From Geosiphon pyriformis uo1 (lineage: Eukaryota; Fungi; Glomeromycota), in assembly GCA_016748015.1 (NCBI GenBank), contig JAAOMT010000384.1, positions 62,001-126,000 on the forward strand: a stretch of 64,000 nt of DNA, given 5' to 3'. Below are positions 13,597 through 32,892 of this stretch, piece after piece. Below the pieces are notes generated by a model. It ran no database searches and was not told the origin of the DNA. It saw only the letters and a list, made by a program, of their open reading frames with translations. Numbering within the stretch: the stretch's first letter is position 1; the number at the start of each line of letters is the position of its first letter. Position numbers and translations under genes: made by a program.

Positions 13597-14878
13597 TTAT
13601 GAAGTGATAAAAACTTCTATTTTTGGTATTATAGGTGCTTCATGTTTAGATGGTATTTCTTCCCAATCTAGGCTCCATTCAGTTGGCATGATACCACCAA
13701 TGGGTCCTAAAACATGTACTGCCAATTCGTGAGCACAACATAATCGATCTGACCATTTGACGTTCGAGTTTAATGCTGTTTTTCCAAGATGTCCACCATA
13801 AGGATCCCAGCTTTCCCAATCTTCAAAACATCGTTTCAGTTTTTCGGGCCATCGATGACAAATTCGTTCTTGAATTCGTACCAATCGTTCGATTAATTTC
13901 ACAAGAAGAAAATGTGCCGTTGACTCATTACTCGTGTAATCAATATCTTCAAGATCCCGAAGTAAATCGGCAATCTCATAGCGTGGTTGCCACGCGTCTT
14001 TTGCTTCAATTGGAGGTGGACCTTGATCCCATCGGATTTTAGCTAGGTGTTGTAGTGGTGGGATAATATTTTGTGGGTCGTAGATAATTCGACCAAATGC
14101 ATAACATCTTAGAATTATTCCTGTTGTGTCATTCTTTATGTTGTGACAAATGTGTGATGGAGGATGAATGAAAATTTCAACCTATGCGAAAATTCCAGAA
14201 ATTGTTAATATTAATATCCTTAAGAATCTCATACAAATATTTATAATCACCTCTAATCCATCAATTACAATATTTCTCCGACATGTTCGCGGCGATTTAA
14301 TAAGAACATCAACATCCATATCGCTATTAGGAAAAAAATTAATCATGATTGCTGAAATTTTCGCGTCAGATTCTGTCATACGCGACGCGTCAAAGATTCT
14401 CCCTCAAAAATTATATCTACTCTAAATGACAATCATTTACCTAATAACTGATAAGGTGCTAAATTTAATAAAATAATCACCTATGTGGACCAGCATTTCC
14501 ATAAATTCTCGAGCCGTATGCGAACAAACCCAACAAATCATCACCAAACTCTTGTGTCAGTTTGACCAATAATTTGGCATAGATAGCGTCATTTGATTTT
14601 GAAACAACCGTCTTCTTCATACTGCTAGGTTTTTTCCAAAAATATGAAAGCCTAGTGACTATGTCTACCGCTATTCCTATTGAGGAAGCTCCGGTAAAGG
14701 CACTTGATTGTTTTGATTTTGGACCTTTTGCTTCGGACAACGTTGTTGCTGATGTTGTCGATGAGTTCGTCCCTGGGTGTGTCGGCGGTAAGTTGAAAAA
14801 ACGCATGAACGGTACAGCTGGGTAGTTTTTTGAGGTATTCTTCGGGTTCTTGAAACGGCTACCAAATATCGTATACAT
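13597..14878 (-). CDS. Pol-beta superfamily nucleotidyltransferase of bacterial (MNT/KNTase-like) type; exons 14878-14481, 14323-14251, 14181-13597 (351 aa)
   Basis: Splicing two GT-AG introns gives one open frame: LFAYGSRIYGNAGPHSDMDVDVLIK...IDGLEVEIFIHPP (hGS, DxD and a third acidic residue), then GRIIYDP, QGPPP, RYEIADLLRDLED and HVLGPIGG helical C-terminal domain. Confidence 0.85.
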
Positions 14879-15409
14879 AAATATTTAACTAAATGAATTC
14901 GTTGAATCTTTTAGAATAATTGTTTTTAACTGTAATCCAAAAGACTGGCTTGAGAACCTTTACTTAAATGTATGAATTTATATCTACAATTTGAAAAGTT
15001 TTAAGTGAAAAGATTCATAAATTTAGATATAGAAAAAGTGTGGGAAATGGAGGTGAACGTAAGAGAAATAAGAAAGAGACGAGAATGAAAAATGAGAATG
15101 AGAATGAATGCTACAAAATTTCAAAAAATATTGATCTGGGAAAGAAATTTGTCAGCCTAGAATTGGTGACTGGGCAGATGATGATAGAATGAGGCAAGAT
15201 AAATATTAGCTTTGTGAGTGGGAGATTTTATCAAATAAATGTGGAAAAATTTATTTGTATTAATATCATCGAAATTTAAACTTGACTTGAATATTAGAAT
15301 ATCTGGATTTTAAATTGGAGAAATGGCGAATAATCCCATTTTCATTTATTATATGGTTGGCAGACTTCTATAATTTTTGTTGATATAAGTTCTAATTGAT
15401 TTTTGTAGT

Positions 15410-21238
<5,829 letters not shown>

Positions 21239-22140
21239 TTGAGGCGGTGGTAAATAATTTCTCGAGTTTAGAGTAAATAAACTTTTTAAACTGCTGTTTA
21301 GGAAATCCTCGATTTTTGATCTAGATCTATCGTATGACCCTAAAAATTTTCCGAGGTTTTTTTAATTTGTAATTTTACATAAACCAAATGAATTTGTATA
21401 TATATAGAATCAAACTATAAATAAAATTAATATTATCAAATTTGTAAAAAACCCTAAATACAAAAATATTGATTGTAAATTTTCTTTAATACTTTTAAAT
21501 AAAAAATCTTTAGAATTGATAATAGTAACAACATGATGATGTTTATTTACATATATATATTTTATTATATTGAAATACATAGATAACATAATATAAGCTT
21601 TCTAACTGATTTTATTCTTTATCAAATGATTTATATATTTTTATTTCAAATCCTTTACGATTGTCTTAATGAGAAATCGATTAATTTTAAATAAGGTTGA
21701 ATCTTTTATAAAAATATTTCTAAAAAGGTTATATACATGTACTCAAGTTTGAAATGTAAATTCTCTTCGACCTTAAATGATATTAGTGATGATCACTTTT
21801 GTAATTTACAATCCCATTGCTTGTCAAATTTGGCAATTCAATTTGTAATTATGCATCTGTGAAACTTACAACTTGTCCAACAGGTTAAATGGCATCACAA
21901 ATTTTCCATTGAATTATCACATCCCTAATAAAACGTCATTTTCCCTTCGAATCGAAATTCTATCTTTAGCAAAATTATTTCCGACTTTTGTTTCAGGAGC
22001 TGAATATTGATCATGACACCTGGCACAGTACTAATTTAAATTCTCTTTCTTGGCAATTATGAAATGCTCATTTTAGTCCTACCAGAATAAAATGATATAT
22101 GAATAACAAATAAATGGTTATGGTGACGATGTTGATGTTT

Positions 22141-22280
<140 letters not shown>

Positions 22281-22983
22281 TAATTAGTATAACCGAACAA
22301 ATCAAAAATTTTAGTTTTGAGCAACGTTATGAAAATTAATGTGAACAATGGAAACGATGTCTTTTACCGGACAAACGAGGAAATTTCTAACTGTTGAGAA
22401 ATTTCCGTATCTTGATCATTGAAAAAATAATTTTCATCAACCTATCAATGATGAAAAATGACCGTTGAAAATATCTGATGAACATAATTAGAAACAGCGA
22501 TTCAAAAAATCGACTTCCCCTTCCTGAACATTTTGATAAATTATATAATTTAAATAATTTATTATAAAATAATTATATTATTTCTGTTTAATGAATCACA
22601 TGTCATCTCTGATTGTAGTAGGCCAGACTGTAATAAATACAAATAGTTTATAATAGGCTTCTATTACATACGATTTTCGTGTTCTAGTCCCTCGATAAAT
22701 ATTGTCCCAATGTGGCTTATTTTGGCGGCTCATCACTCTTTATCCCTTCTTTTCGCAATATCTTTCACTGTTCTAAATATCTTCGCCCTAACTGTTCTCA
22801 AATAATTTTTTGCTCTCCGTACCTTTTTCTCACATATCGACCTTCCTTTCTTTCTCATTGATCTATCTTTTCTTAAAAAACTTCAACCTCCAATTACTGA
22901 TAACTGCTAAATCTCCCTTCAACTTATTAATATCGATTATTTCTTCAAGACATCCTACATCTGTCTTCACTTACCTGTCACCA

Positions 22984-25558
22984 ATGGCCGATAGTTTGCC
23001 TGTTATACCAGGCGTCTTGATGCCTGAAGAACGTGCAAGGGCTTTAAGAAAGCAAATAAGAGATCTCGTGGGATGTTCCGGGTAGGCTATGCAAACAAAA
23101 ATATTTTTTACGATTCGACGTGATTCGACAATGTTTCTTTCTGTCTTGACAAGGATTTAGTACTTTATTTGGGATGTCGCTATCCCACTTTTCGAAGAAA
23201 TTCTTTGTTTAACAAACTTTTATTTCTCAATACTTTGTTTCCCGCACCTTACATTTCCTTTTTAAAAAAATCAATTTATTGCTTTGGTTTGCTTTACTCA
23301 AAAGATTCGAGTATGCCTGACAAAAAATAAATTATTAACAAATTTTTCCTTTATCCTTAAACGATATCTATTCCATTGAATTTATTGTATCGCAGCTTCC
23401 CTGGTAACTTGACTGCTAGGATTTCTTTTGTCGGCGCATTTTACCCCAAAAATGATTAATATAATTAATTGTTATTTTGACTTTTAAAGGGGCTCAACCG
23501 ATAAGTTTCCTTAAACAGCATTTGAAAGAGCTGGAACTCGAAAAGTAAATGAATTTCCTGAAATTTTCCCCCTTGATTAATTATATCAATAAATCGAACC
23601 AGATTATTGAAATGTCCGTACCCATATCCAAACCCAATTCAAAAAGTTACTTTGTGTGTGAAAAATCGGACGGTGTTAGAGTTTTGGTGTACCTGACCCT
23701 GAACGATGAAAAAAATCAAGAAGTCTTCTTGGTTGGTATTCTCTATTTTTCACCAGTTCTTATTTGAAAATTTCCCGTTATCGTGAAAGAATTCCACTTA
23801 ACACTTGGTGGATAGATGGATCGTAAAAATCAATTCCACCAAGTACAAGGCTTTCAATTCCCTAATTACGAAGTTCCGAATCAATTCCTTGACAAAACTA
23901 TCTTCGATGGAGAACTTATCTTTGATATGGAAGAGAACGGATCGGTAAATATAGTCCACTTTTCATACATATCTTTCTCACTTTTTATTACGTTTACTGA
24001 ATTACTAAAACATTTGATCTCGTATCCCATTTAAACTTAGAAAACTTTAAAACTTCTCGCATTTGACCTGCTATCAATATCTGGGAAGAATCTTACCGAA
24101 CGACCTTTAACCAGTCGTCTAGGGGTAAATTATTCCACTAAATTCTCTCTCACTTTTGTTGTTGATTCAATCAACTAGACTCCATTATTAATGAATCTCT
24201 TCCCTCTATGCATAGTACCTACGTGAACATATAATGAAACCCCATAAGAAACTGCTCCACAATAATAAGATGCCTGTCCGATCGCAACCTTTCGTGTAAG
24301 TCAAAATTTTGGCCCTTTTTATCACAACAAAAGTAACATTCAATTTAAATATATGATAAAATTATACCATATATAGCATTGAGGTGAAACAAATGGAGTT
24401 ATCATATGGGCTCGAAAAAGTTTTTCAGGAAGTCATCCCGAGCTTAAAACATCAAAGCGATGGACTCATATTTACATCAGCCGTTGCTCCTTATAAGACT
24501 GGAACTTGCGATAAAATGTAGGAAACATCTTAATCACAAATTATACAGTTTAATTGAAAATATTACGAGTCAGAATTCACGAATGTTCCTTGGTCATTTT
24601 CTTAGGCTAAAATGGAAACCAGCGCACGAAAATTCGGTTGACTTCAAATTGCGCGTCGTTTCGGCAGGATCGAGTAAGCCAAGTTTTCAACTTCACCAGT
24701 GGGTAAAGCGCGATGATCATGAATACTTTGGTGAAATGGGAGTAACAGACAAAGAATGGTCACAGTGAGTAAATCTAACTCATTTAAACAAATATTTTTC
24801 ATACAGACTTCTGGAAGGTTATTAAAAGTCTATTTAATTAAATAGGTTTGTTCAAAACAAGGTACCGTTAGACGGGCGGATAGTGGAAGTGGTATATGAT
24901 CCAACTCGTGGTGTCACCTCACCATGGAAGTTTATGAGATTCCGGGAGGACAAGTTTCAAGGGAATCACGCCACGACCGTCGCAAAAATTATACGAAGCA
25001 TAAACGATGGGGTAACTAAAGAAGAGGTTTGTTTTCTATTTTTATTCAATCCTAAAAATTTCCTTTGTTAATTTAATTAACTCGTACATATACTTATTTA
25101 TCTAGTTACTCGATCACTCCTCAATAGTTCGTGCTGCATGGAAACTGAGGGAGACCCTGAAAGATCAAGATGCTCGTGAAAAGCAACAAACACAAAAGCG
25201 ACATGAACAGCGTAGTCGTCAAGAAGAGAAAGAGGAGGAATTCCGGCCTCGTAAAACACCAAAATCCCAGCAAGTGGCTACCCCCGCTCTCGGCATTCAA
25301 GTTAAATCTCAAGGGCGTCGAGAGCCATACAAACCAAAGGTCACATCGGTACAAGTCCCCATAACAACAACACAACGGAGGGTTTCGAGACCAATAGAGA
25401 AGCCAGAGCTAATAGTGGCTCGTCCTTTGGGTCCAAATGACCAGTCGAAGCTCGAGCTTCCCCCCTTGCGACCCCAGAAGCAACAGCAACCATCTCCACC
25501 GCATTCGGATGGCTCGAAGCCACCCTCACCAAAAAAAGCAAGTCCCCCAGCTCAATAA
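22984..25558 (+). CDS. CEG1: mRNA capping enzyme, guanylyltransferase subunit; multi-exon, including an 8-nt microexon
   Basis: FPGAQPISF, motif I YFVCEKSDGVR (KxDG), FDGEL, AFDLL, SDGLIFT, LKWKPAHENSVDF, WKFMRFREDK..GNH; Pro/Lys/Arg-rich C-terminal tail. Confidence 0.92.
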
Positions 25559-26472
25559 TACAGTCATTCCGGGCTGGCAAGGGTTTAGCTGTTAGGTAGT
25601 CATTAGATGCTGCCTATGATAATTTAGGTTTGATAAAAAGTACGTTCATTTCGGCTTTGCCCGAAATTGGCATTTAAATAAATATCATCGCAACAATAAT
25701 TGGTTTTTGGTATAGTATTTATAATAATTGATTTTTGTACAGTTTTCACGAAATGTAGGATCGCTGGTAATAAATATGAAAAAATTCTCTGATGGTTCTT
25801 GTGTTTTTCCATCAATTGCATTATGATAAACATTAATAAAAGGACCTTCATTATCTCAAGTCTGAGTAACATAACTACATAAGAAGCTCCAATGCCAAAC
25901 TTTGAGCCACATCAAAAATTCTCAGGAACGGAAAGAATCGGGAAAGATTATTAAATAATCCCAGTTGGTGATTGAATCTAAAAGAAGTAATTGACTTTCA
26001 TGACTTTCAGCGAGAATTTAAAGTTCACGAAGACATTTTGGAGAACATATCGCTGTTCAATTTTTATTTCTCTATTATAGCCTAGTAACTTCATTGTGAT
26101 ATGAAAGGATGTATGGTCCAAAATAAGTAGAAAGTTTTGGAAGCCCCTAGTAATGTTACAACTTCTCAAAAATTGAAGATCTATTAGGCTTCTTGATGAA
26201 CTTGTATTTTTAAGGATTTAATGCGTAAAAGAAAAGTTTAATTGTCAAAGAATTTTATGGGTTGACATCTGAGCACTATGATCAAAGAGATTTGGGAACA
26301 TCTCATAATTTGAGCTTTTGCAAATCCATTGTCTCCGACTCGCAGGCTATCGAAATCCTGTCGAATGTCACACGCATACGGATACTAGAGCCTGAAAATT
26401 CAAAATTGCGAAACGTTTCACACTTTGAATCTTAAACATTTCCTTCTTTAATCTTGTATTAAATACCTGAAA

Positions 26473-28211
26473 ATGTTCTCGCGACTTCTCAAAAGTATGT
26501 TGGCCTTCGATGCCTTCCCAAAAGTTGATGCGGGCTATCAACGTCGTAGTACGCACGGGGGGCTAGTTACTACTCTAGTTTCGATATTTTTATGGCTGCT
26601 AATATCTAGCGAGTTTCGTGACTATCTACGCGTGTCCCAAGCATACGAGTTTCTTGTAGACCAAAATATTAATCATGGACTACAGATAAATGTCGATGTA
26701 ACGGTGAATACGCCTTGTTTAGGTGGGTAAGGGGAGCGAGTGCACTGATTGCTGATCTTGTAAGGTCCCAAACTATTTCGAAGTATGTTTTGCATATTAC
26801 CTTGGGTTAACTTCGTTTTGACCTCCCTCTGAAAAAGTCTTAACGGTTGATCTTTTGGACATAGCGGGAGAACGGGTACATGTTGCTAGTGAATTAGAAC
26901 TTGTTCCGGTAACTGAGTTTTTGTCAAATGAAAAAATTCTGCCTTCTTTAAAGATTTAGTTCAACTTTTTAACATTTGAAAATTTCTTTACAGGCAAAAT
27001 TCGAAGTTCGAACGGCACATCGTGTAGGGTAAATTTCCAGATAATATATAAATTGGAATCAACCCTATTTTAACGATTTGTCATTTCCATTGTCTAGAGA
27101 AATGGTAGATGGGCCGTTAGATGTTCATCAGATGGTAAAAGACGCTGCGTGGAAGCAAAATGGTTTATTTCCGGATGAGGCTGTTCACGGTTGTTTGCAC
27201 TCATTAATTATTGAACAGATATTAAAAGTCTCAAAAGAAACCAATATTATTACTAATACCGAAACTTTTACTTTATAGAAAACGAATTATCAGCCTGTAG
27301 AATATTTGGGACATTTGAAGTTAATAAAGTGACGGGCAATCTTCACATTACCGCTGTTGGCCATGGTTATGGTTTTGGCTTTATTCACATTGATCATGAA
27401 GGTTTCTAAAAAGATACATTCTGAACCATTAAAATATATGCGATTTTACTCTTAAAAGAAATATTGAAATATTAATACTGATTTTTAAAATTAGTAATGA
27501 ACTTTACTCATCGAATTGATGAATTTTCATTTGGAACACATTATCCACGTCTCGTGAATCCCCTCGATAATAGTGTTGAAATTTCTCATATGCGTAAGTT
27601 GACAAATTTTTAAGCCAATATTTCTTGGGTAATTCTTATATATTATTTTATACAGACTCCGAAATGTTTTCTTATTACATGTCAGTGGTAAGTAAAGTTT
27701 CCTTTTGAATTGTCTAATTAACAGGATAATATCTTGGTTGATATTCTAAATATTATCGTCAGGTTCCCACAACATATATCGACAATAATGGTCGTGTACT
27801 TCTTACAAATCAATATTCCGTCACTGATTATTCTCGTGAAATTAAAACTGATATAGGACAAACCGGAATTCCAGGTATTTGCTGATGAAAGTTTTATTTA
27901 TGCTGGAAGATAATTAATCATTAGATCTAAAATCCTTCAATTCAAAAAAAAAAGGAATATTCTTCAAATATGAAATCGAACCAATATCGGTTCGTATAAC
28001 TGAGACTAGACCAAGTTTTGAGAAATTTCTGGTAAGATTGTGTGGAATTGTAGGTGGTATTTGGGTAACAGCGGGATTTTTGTTCCGAATAGGAGATAGT
28101 ATTTGGACAATTTTGAAAGGAGGAAATCACCATGGGATAATTTTAGGGCCTCACGGTGTACAGACTGGTTATTATTCGGAAACTTCATATGAAAAACCGA
28201 ATTCGGACTGA
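26473..28211 (+). CDS. ERV41: ER-Golgi intermediate compartment protein, Erv41/ERGIC2-like, multi-exon
   Basis: FDAFPKV...STHGG, INVDVTVNTPC, CRIFGTFEVNKVTGNLHITAVGHGY, NFTHRIDEFSFG, NPLD, PGIFFKYEIEPISV, FLVRLCGIVGG. The choice of Erv41 over Erv46 rests on motif recall. Confidence 0.85.
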
Positions 28212-28417
28212 AGATAACAGGAAATTCGTTAAGACAATGCTTGCCAAATAAAATCTAACTATTACAGGCATTAATCATTTTCGTACCTAAACAAATTGGT
28301 ATCTTGAGTTAATGCTGCAAAATATTCACTTACTTGTTACCTTGGAATACTCTTTGTCTCAGGTTTTAATTGCTAATGTATATTTTCTTACATGTAACGG
28401 AGAGATAATATTCCAAT

Positions 28418-28882
28418 TTATTTGACAGACGTCTTTAGCTGCAAGCCATGGAGTTTTTTGATATCCTCTTTCAACAATTCGTTAACAAGACGATGTTGCT
28501 GCACAGTTGGTAAACCTTCAAATGCTTCTGAAGCAATTACCACTGCGTACATGTCCCCACAACCACCTAATATATACATTTTACTTAAGTTGACCATGTT
28601 TTTTATTAAGACATAATCATTTATTGAACGCTGTAAATATTCCTATTTACCCGAAATATCTTGTACCTTCAACTTTGAAGGTCGGAACTTTTGTGCTAAT
28701 TTTTCGTACAAGTATTTCTCTCCTTTGGTTAATACTGACAATTCTGAAGTATCATTCTGTGTTGGCAGAGTTTTAGAGAAGAGACGTTGGAATGTGGGAG
28801 GATTCACAGGAATTCTTATATACTTTGATGTATTTAAAGCTATGTAAGGTGCTAAATGATTTTTAGGAAGGTTGAAGCGCAT
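28418..28882 (-). CDS. BOL3: BolA-like protein 3 (mitochondrial Fe-S maturation), two exons
   Basis: VQDISG|GCGDMYAVVIASEAFEGLPTVQQHRLVNELLKEDIKKLHGLQLKT; basic N-terminal presequence-like region. Confidence 0.88.
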
Positions 28883-29213
28883 TTTGGAAACACCAGAGTT
28901 AAAGATAAAAATATAGGAAAAAAATTCTCAATATCGAAAAGAACGCGTCGATCAGAAAGAAGTTGAATCTTTCGGAATATGGGCCGGCCCGAAAAAAGAT
29001 TATATTCATTGTTTCGACAAATAATGATAAGAACGCGGGGAAGGTTGTTAACCTTTTCAAGTGTTTTGACTTAAAACTATACTGGGAAATCTTTCACAGT
29101 AGAATTCGTAAAATACAACAGTGGCTATTGATCTTTGAAACGAGTTAAAGACTGTCATTTGGTAGATGCCGATTTCAAAAGCTCTTCTGTTTGTCATACC
29201 TTGAATAAAAACC
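28883..29213. promoter_or_regulatory. Probable bidirectional promoter region for BOL3 and CWH43
   Basis: 331 bp separates the divergent ATGs; contains ACGCGT and GGGCCGGCCC. Confidence 0.45.
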
Positions 29214-32200
29214 ATGCCAGCCACCAAAGCCGACTCTTCGTTGGCTGGAAGTGTAGTCACTCAAGTAGTATACATATTCGCTTTAAAATATTTTGGTTTC
29301 TTTCCCTAGCTCCTTTATTTATACTGGGGCGTTTTATGGATTCTAAAAGGTCAACGCCAAATGGATATCTTATATCCACACATTTTTTGGATATGGTGAA
29401 TAATCTCTAATCAGCACAATTATAATTCTTTTATCAATAAATAATCTTACTCAATTTATTTTTCAATCAAATAGTCGCGTTTTTTTCCGCCTTAAGCGTA
29501 TCCTGTTGGACTAATTACTATCAAATTGTAAAGAATCAATATTGGGGTTATCCCGAGGTAATAATGGGCTTTTTCTAAGTTCGAAAAATGCCTTACTGAA
29601 TTTCATGAATCAAATTCCTTTTTCTACATAGGAATGGTTTCCAAGTGTAAGTGCTAGCACCGGTGACTGGTATCCTGCTCGGTCGATATTTCAAATTTTT
29701 ATCGCTATTTCATCTGGTAATTCAAGTAGTATATTAAGATTTCTGACTTTTCCCACTATATTAAAAACATCAAACAAACTTCTATTGCAACAGGGCCTCG
29801 CTTCGCTTTGATATTCTTGTTTTATATCATATCAAACAAACCGGATCATTTATATCCCAAAATTCATGCCTTTGTTGGAATTGCACGAGCAATAACTTGC
29901 GGTGGTTGGACATATATTACCTCTTCCGAGGATCATAATATCCATGACATATCTATGATATCGTACATTGTATTGACATTACCATGGATGCTAGGCTCTT
30001 TAGCTATTGCGCCTGATAATCCACGAGCCCAGATGTACCGGAAACGTTTGATAATGTTATTTTTCGGGACGCTAGCGCCAATGATTTATTTTTTTATTAG
30101 GCACAAAGTATATGCCATTCCTGGTGGTAAGCATCTCAACATTTTTTGAGTCGATTTTTTATTTTAAAATCTCTTAAATGACTTGAAATTTTTAGCGTAT
30201 ACGATTTACGCGTTTTTTGAGTGGACCTTGATCATATATGATATCGGATTCGATGCTGTTAGTTTATATGATTTCAGTTCTTATGAAATACGTGTTGTTG
30301 ATCTAACTGTTCAGCCTGGGTATGAGTACAAACGACTGGTCTAATTTTATATTGTACTTATAGTCATTATCTAGGTTTTTTTCTTCTGTACCTTGTAAGA
30401 TTTAAAAATCAAATTATATAAATATTAACAGAAATGTAATATACTTTTGCCTATCATAGTCTCTACAATGGCATTCCTGATGGTGGTTCGGTTGCCCGAA
30501 AGGCAAAGTAAGTAGGCTGAATTTAAAGGATAGATCCCAAATATTTTATAGCATGTTTTTGTTTGGTCTAAAACACTGTTGCTTGATATAGTTTTGACGT
30601 TTGGCTCCTACCCTTCTTTAGAAACTCACCCAGAAATATCGAGAATTCTATAAACTTTGGTTTTTGGAGTACTGTAGTGACATTCATTGCTGATACATAT
30701 CTTGGTAAGTTCTAACCTGCATAACTAAAATAATCGATTTTTTATGATTTCATCTCATTTAACCTATTTTTAACTATCTTTCAACATTGACAGCATTTAT
30801 CTACTGGTCAATATTAACGTCGCTAGCTGTAACAATCTGGTATTTTCCATTATGGCATATGGGAATTTCAGGATACGAAGCAGCCTTGTTAGTTAGTGTA
30901 TCCCCAGTATTCCTTGGAATACCAGTCTTCCGCAACTCTGTAGCTTCGTATCGATGGATATTTCAATTAGCTACGTTGGTTGGAGTTGCTGCATATTTAT
31001 TTGAAAACACTGTGACTCGTTTATTTTGGGTGTCTACGGGAGTTGCAATCGCAAATTTAACTTGCATCTCAACTTGGATTGAAAATCATAAGAACACCGC
31101 CAGATTAGAGCATGATGCGTTTGTTTGGACTTTGGGATTGATCATGAGTAATGTAGTCAAGATGGCTTGGTGGACTAATAATCCTATCTGGCCGATTATG
31201 CACAAAGAGAATGGTGGCTGGAATTTCATAGGGCTCTCTTTGGGCATTTTCGCTTCTTTGGTGTCTACATATTTGGGGAGAAAAAAGACCCAATTCCAGT
31301 ATACTAAAAATAAAGAAAAACCACAAAAACTCAAGTTCTGGCTGTATTCTGCTCTTGGTTTTGGTGCCCTGTTATTTGCTTTACACTCCTTACTTACGGA
31401 TACTTCCACAATTATGCGTTGGGTATATAACGGTTATCCAAACACAGGTCCACAGCCAATACCCTGGGGAGTGGCGACTATTGTCGCAATGTCTCTTGGT
31501 CTAGTTCTTTCAACCAATCGTAAAATTGTCACTAGTGTACCATGGTACGTGATTGGATGTGTTTCTTGTGCTTGTATGTACAATTATTCGGGATGGAACG
31601 GATACTATGGTGGTCTTATACTCGCCGTTTACCTGGTGTCGCTTGTGCCCACTTTTATTCGTTCCATAACTCAACATCCGCCAGGCAGAACACTTTTCAC
31701 GGCGATGATGACTTACAACATACTCTGTTTGGCACATGTTTGGGTCGTCGCTTACGCATTTGTACCTGCAGGCATTTATATGCGGGAACATACTGATTAT
31801 GTTTTGTTCGCCGTAATGTCCCTCATTGGGGCAGGAATCTATGGAGCTTCTGATCCTGAAGTTTCTTTCAAACATGCACAAATAAATACGATACGCTCTG
31901 TACGATCCTTGACAAAAATTGTATTGGCTGCCTTAATTGTTATCTCGTTTTTTATAATATTCTGCCGGCTCCCATCCAATTTACCAAAGCCTTACCATCC
32001 AGAGCAAAAACTTTTGACTGGTGGGATATGGACAATACATTTTGGTCTAGACAATGATATGTGGGCAAGTGAATATCGCTTGCGAGACGTGATTAAGGAA
32101 TTGGAGCTTGATGTTATTGGTAACCAAATATGATTAGATAATTGATGAAGTCTTTGAGAATTTATATTGACCTCATTTTTCTTAATAGGTCTTTTAGAAT

Positions 32201-32892
32201 CGGACCTTGGCCGTATTATAATGGGTAATCGTGATTTAACCCAATTTCTTGGTGAAGATCTTAATATGTATACAGACTATGGACCTGGTCCATCGAAGCA
32301 TACTTGGGGCTGTAGCTTATTATCCAAATTCCCCATACTAAATTCGACTCATTATCTACTGCCGTCACCCGTCGGCGAGCTAGCATGTGCTATTCATGCC
32401 ACATTAGATGTTTATGGTCAACCTGTGGACGTGATCGTAAGTCATAATGGACAAGAGGAGGATCCAGAAGATCGTCGACTGCAAACAACTGAATTGGCAC
32501 GAATAACGCGAGAAAGTAAGAATCCTTTCGTGTTCTTGGGCTATGTTGTTACTAAGCCCTTAAATGGAAATTATTATATTCTGACCTCGGATGGTAACAT
32601 GAACGACATTGATCCTTCGGACGATGATCGTTGGTGCGAGTATATCACATACCGTGGGCTCAAAAGAACCGGCTATGCACGTGTAAGTCATGGAGGTATT
32701 ACCGATACCGAAATACAAGTGGGTAAGTTTCAGGTATTAGACAAGTATGATCCGCAGACTTGGCAAGCGAGTTATCGGCGTGTAGAAGAGCACGAAGTTG
32801 ATGAAGGGTTAAGATTCCCTCAACAATTCAGAGGTGACGGTGTTCGTCGGCATCATTATCATGTTTTTGATGAGCCACGTTATTTTGATTAA
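29214..32892 (+). CDS. CWH43: Cwh43/PGAP2-interacting protein (Frag1-like N-terminus, multi-TM region, EEP C-terminal domain; GPI lipid remodelling)
   Basis: Spliced [17 protein letters not shown]|[11 protein letters not shown]...WGYPE|[80 protein letters not shown]. Confidence 0.92.

Noticed and set aside
21905-22035. Short minus-strand frame YCARCHDQ... after a possible acceptor
   Set aside because: No start codon, partner exon or recognisable family; insufficient support.
25560-26470. Possible gene or ncRNA between CEG1 and ERV41
   Set aside because: Only short ORFs without motifs; no tRNA or snRNA signature recognised by eye.
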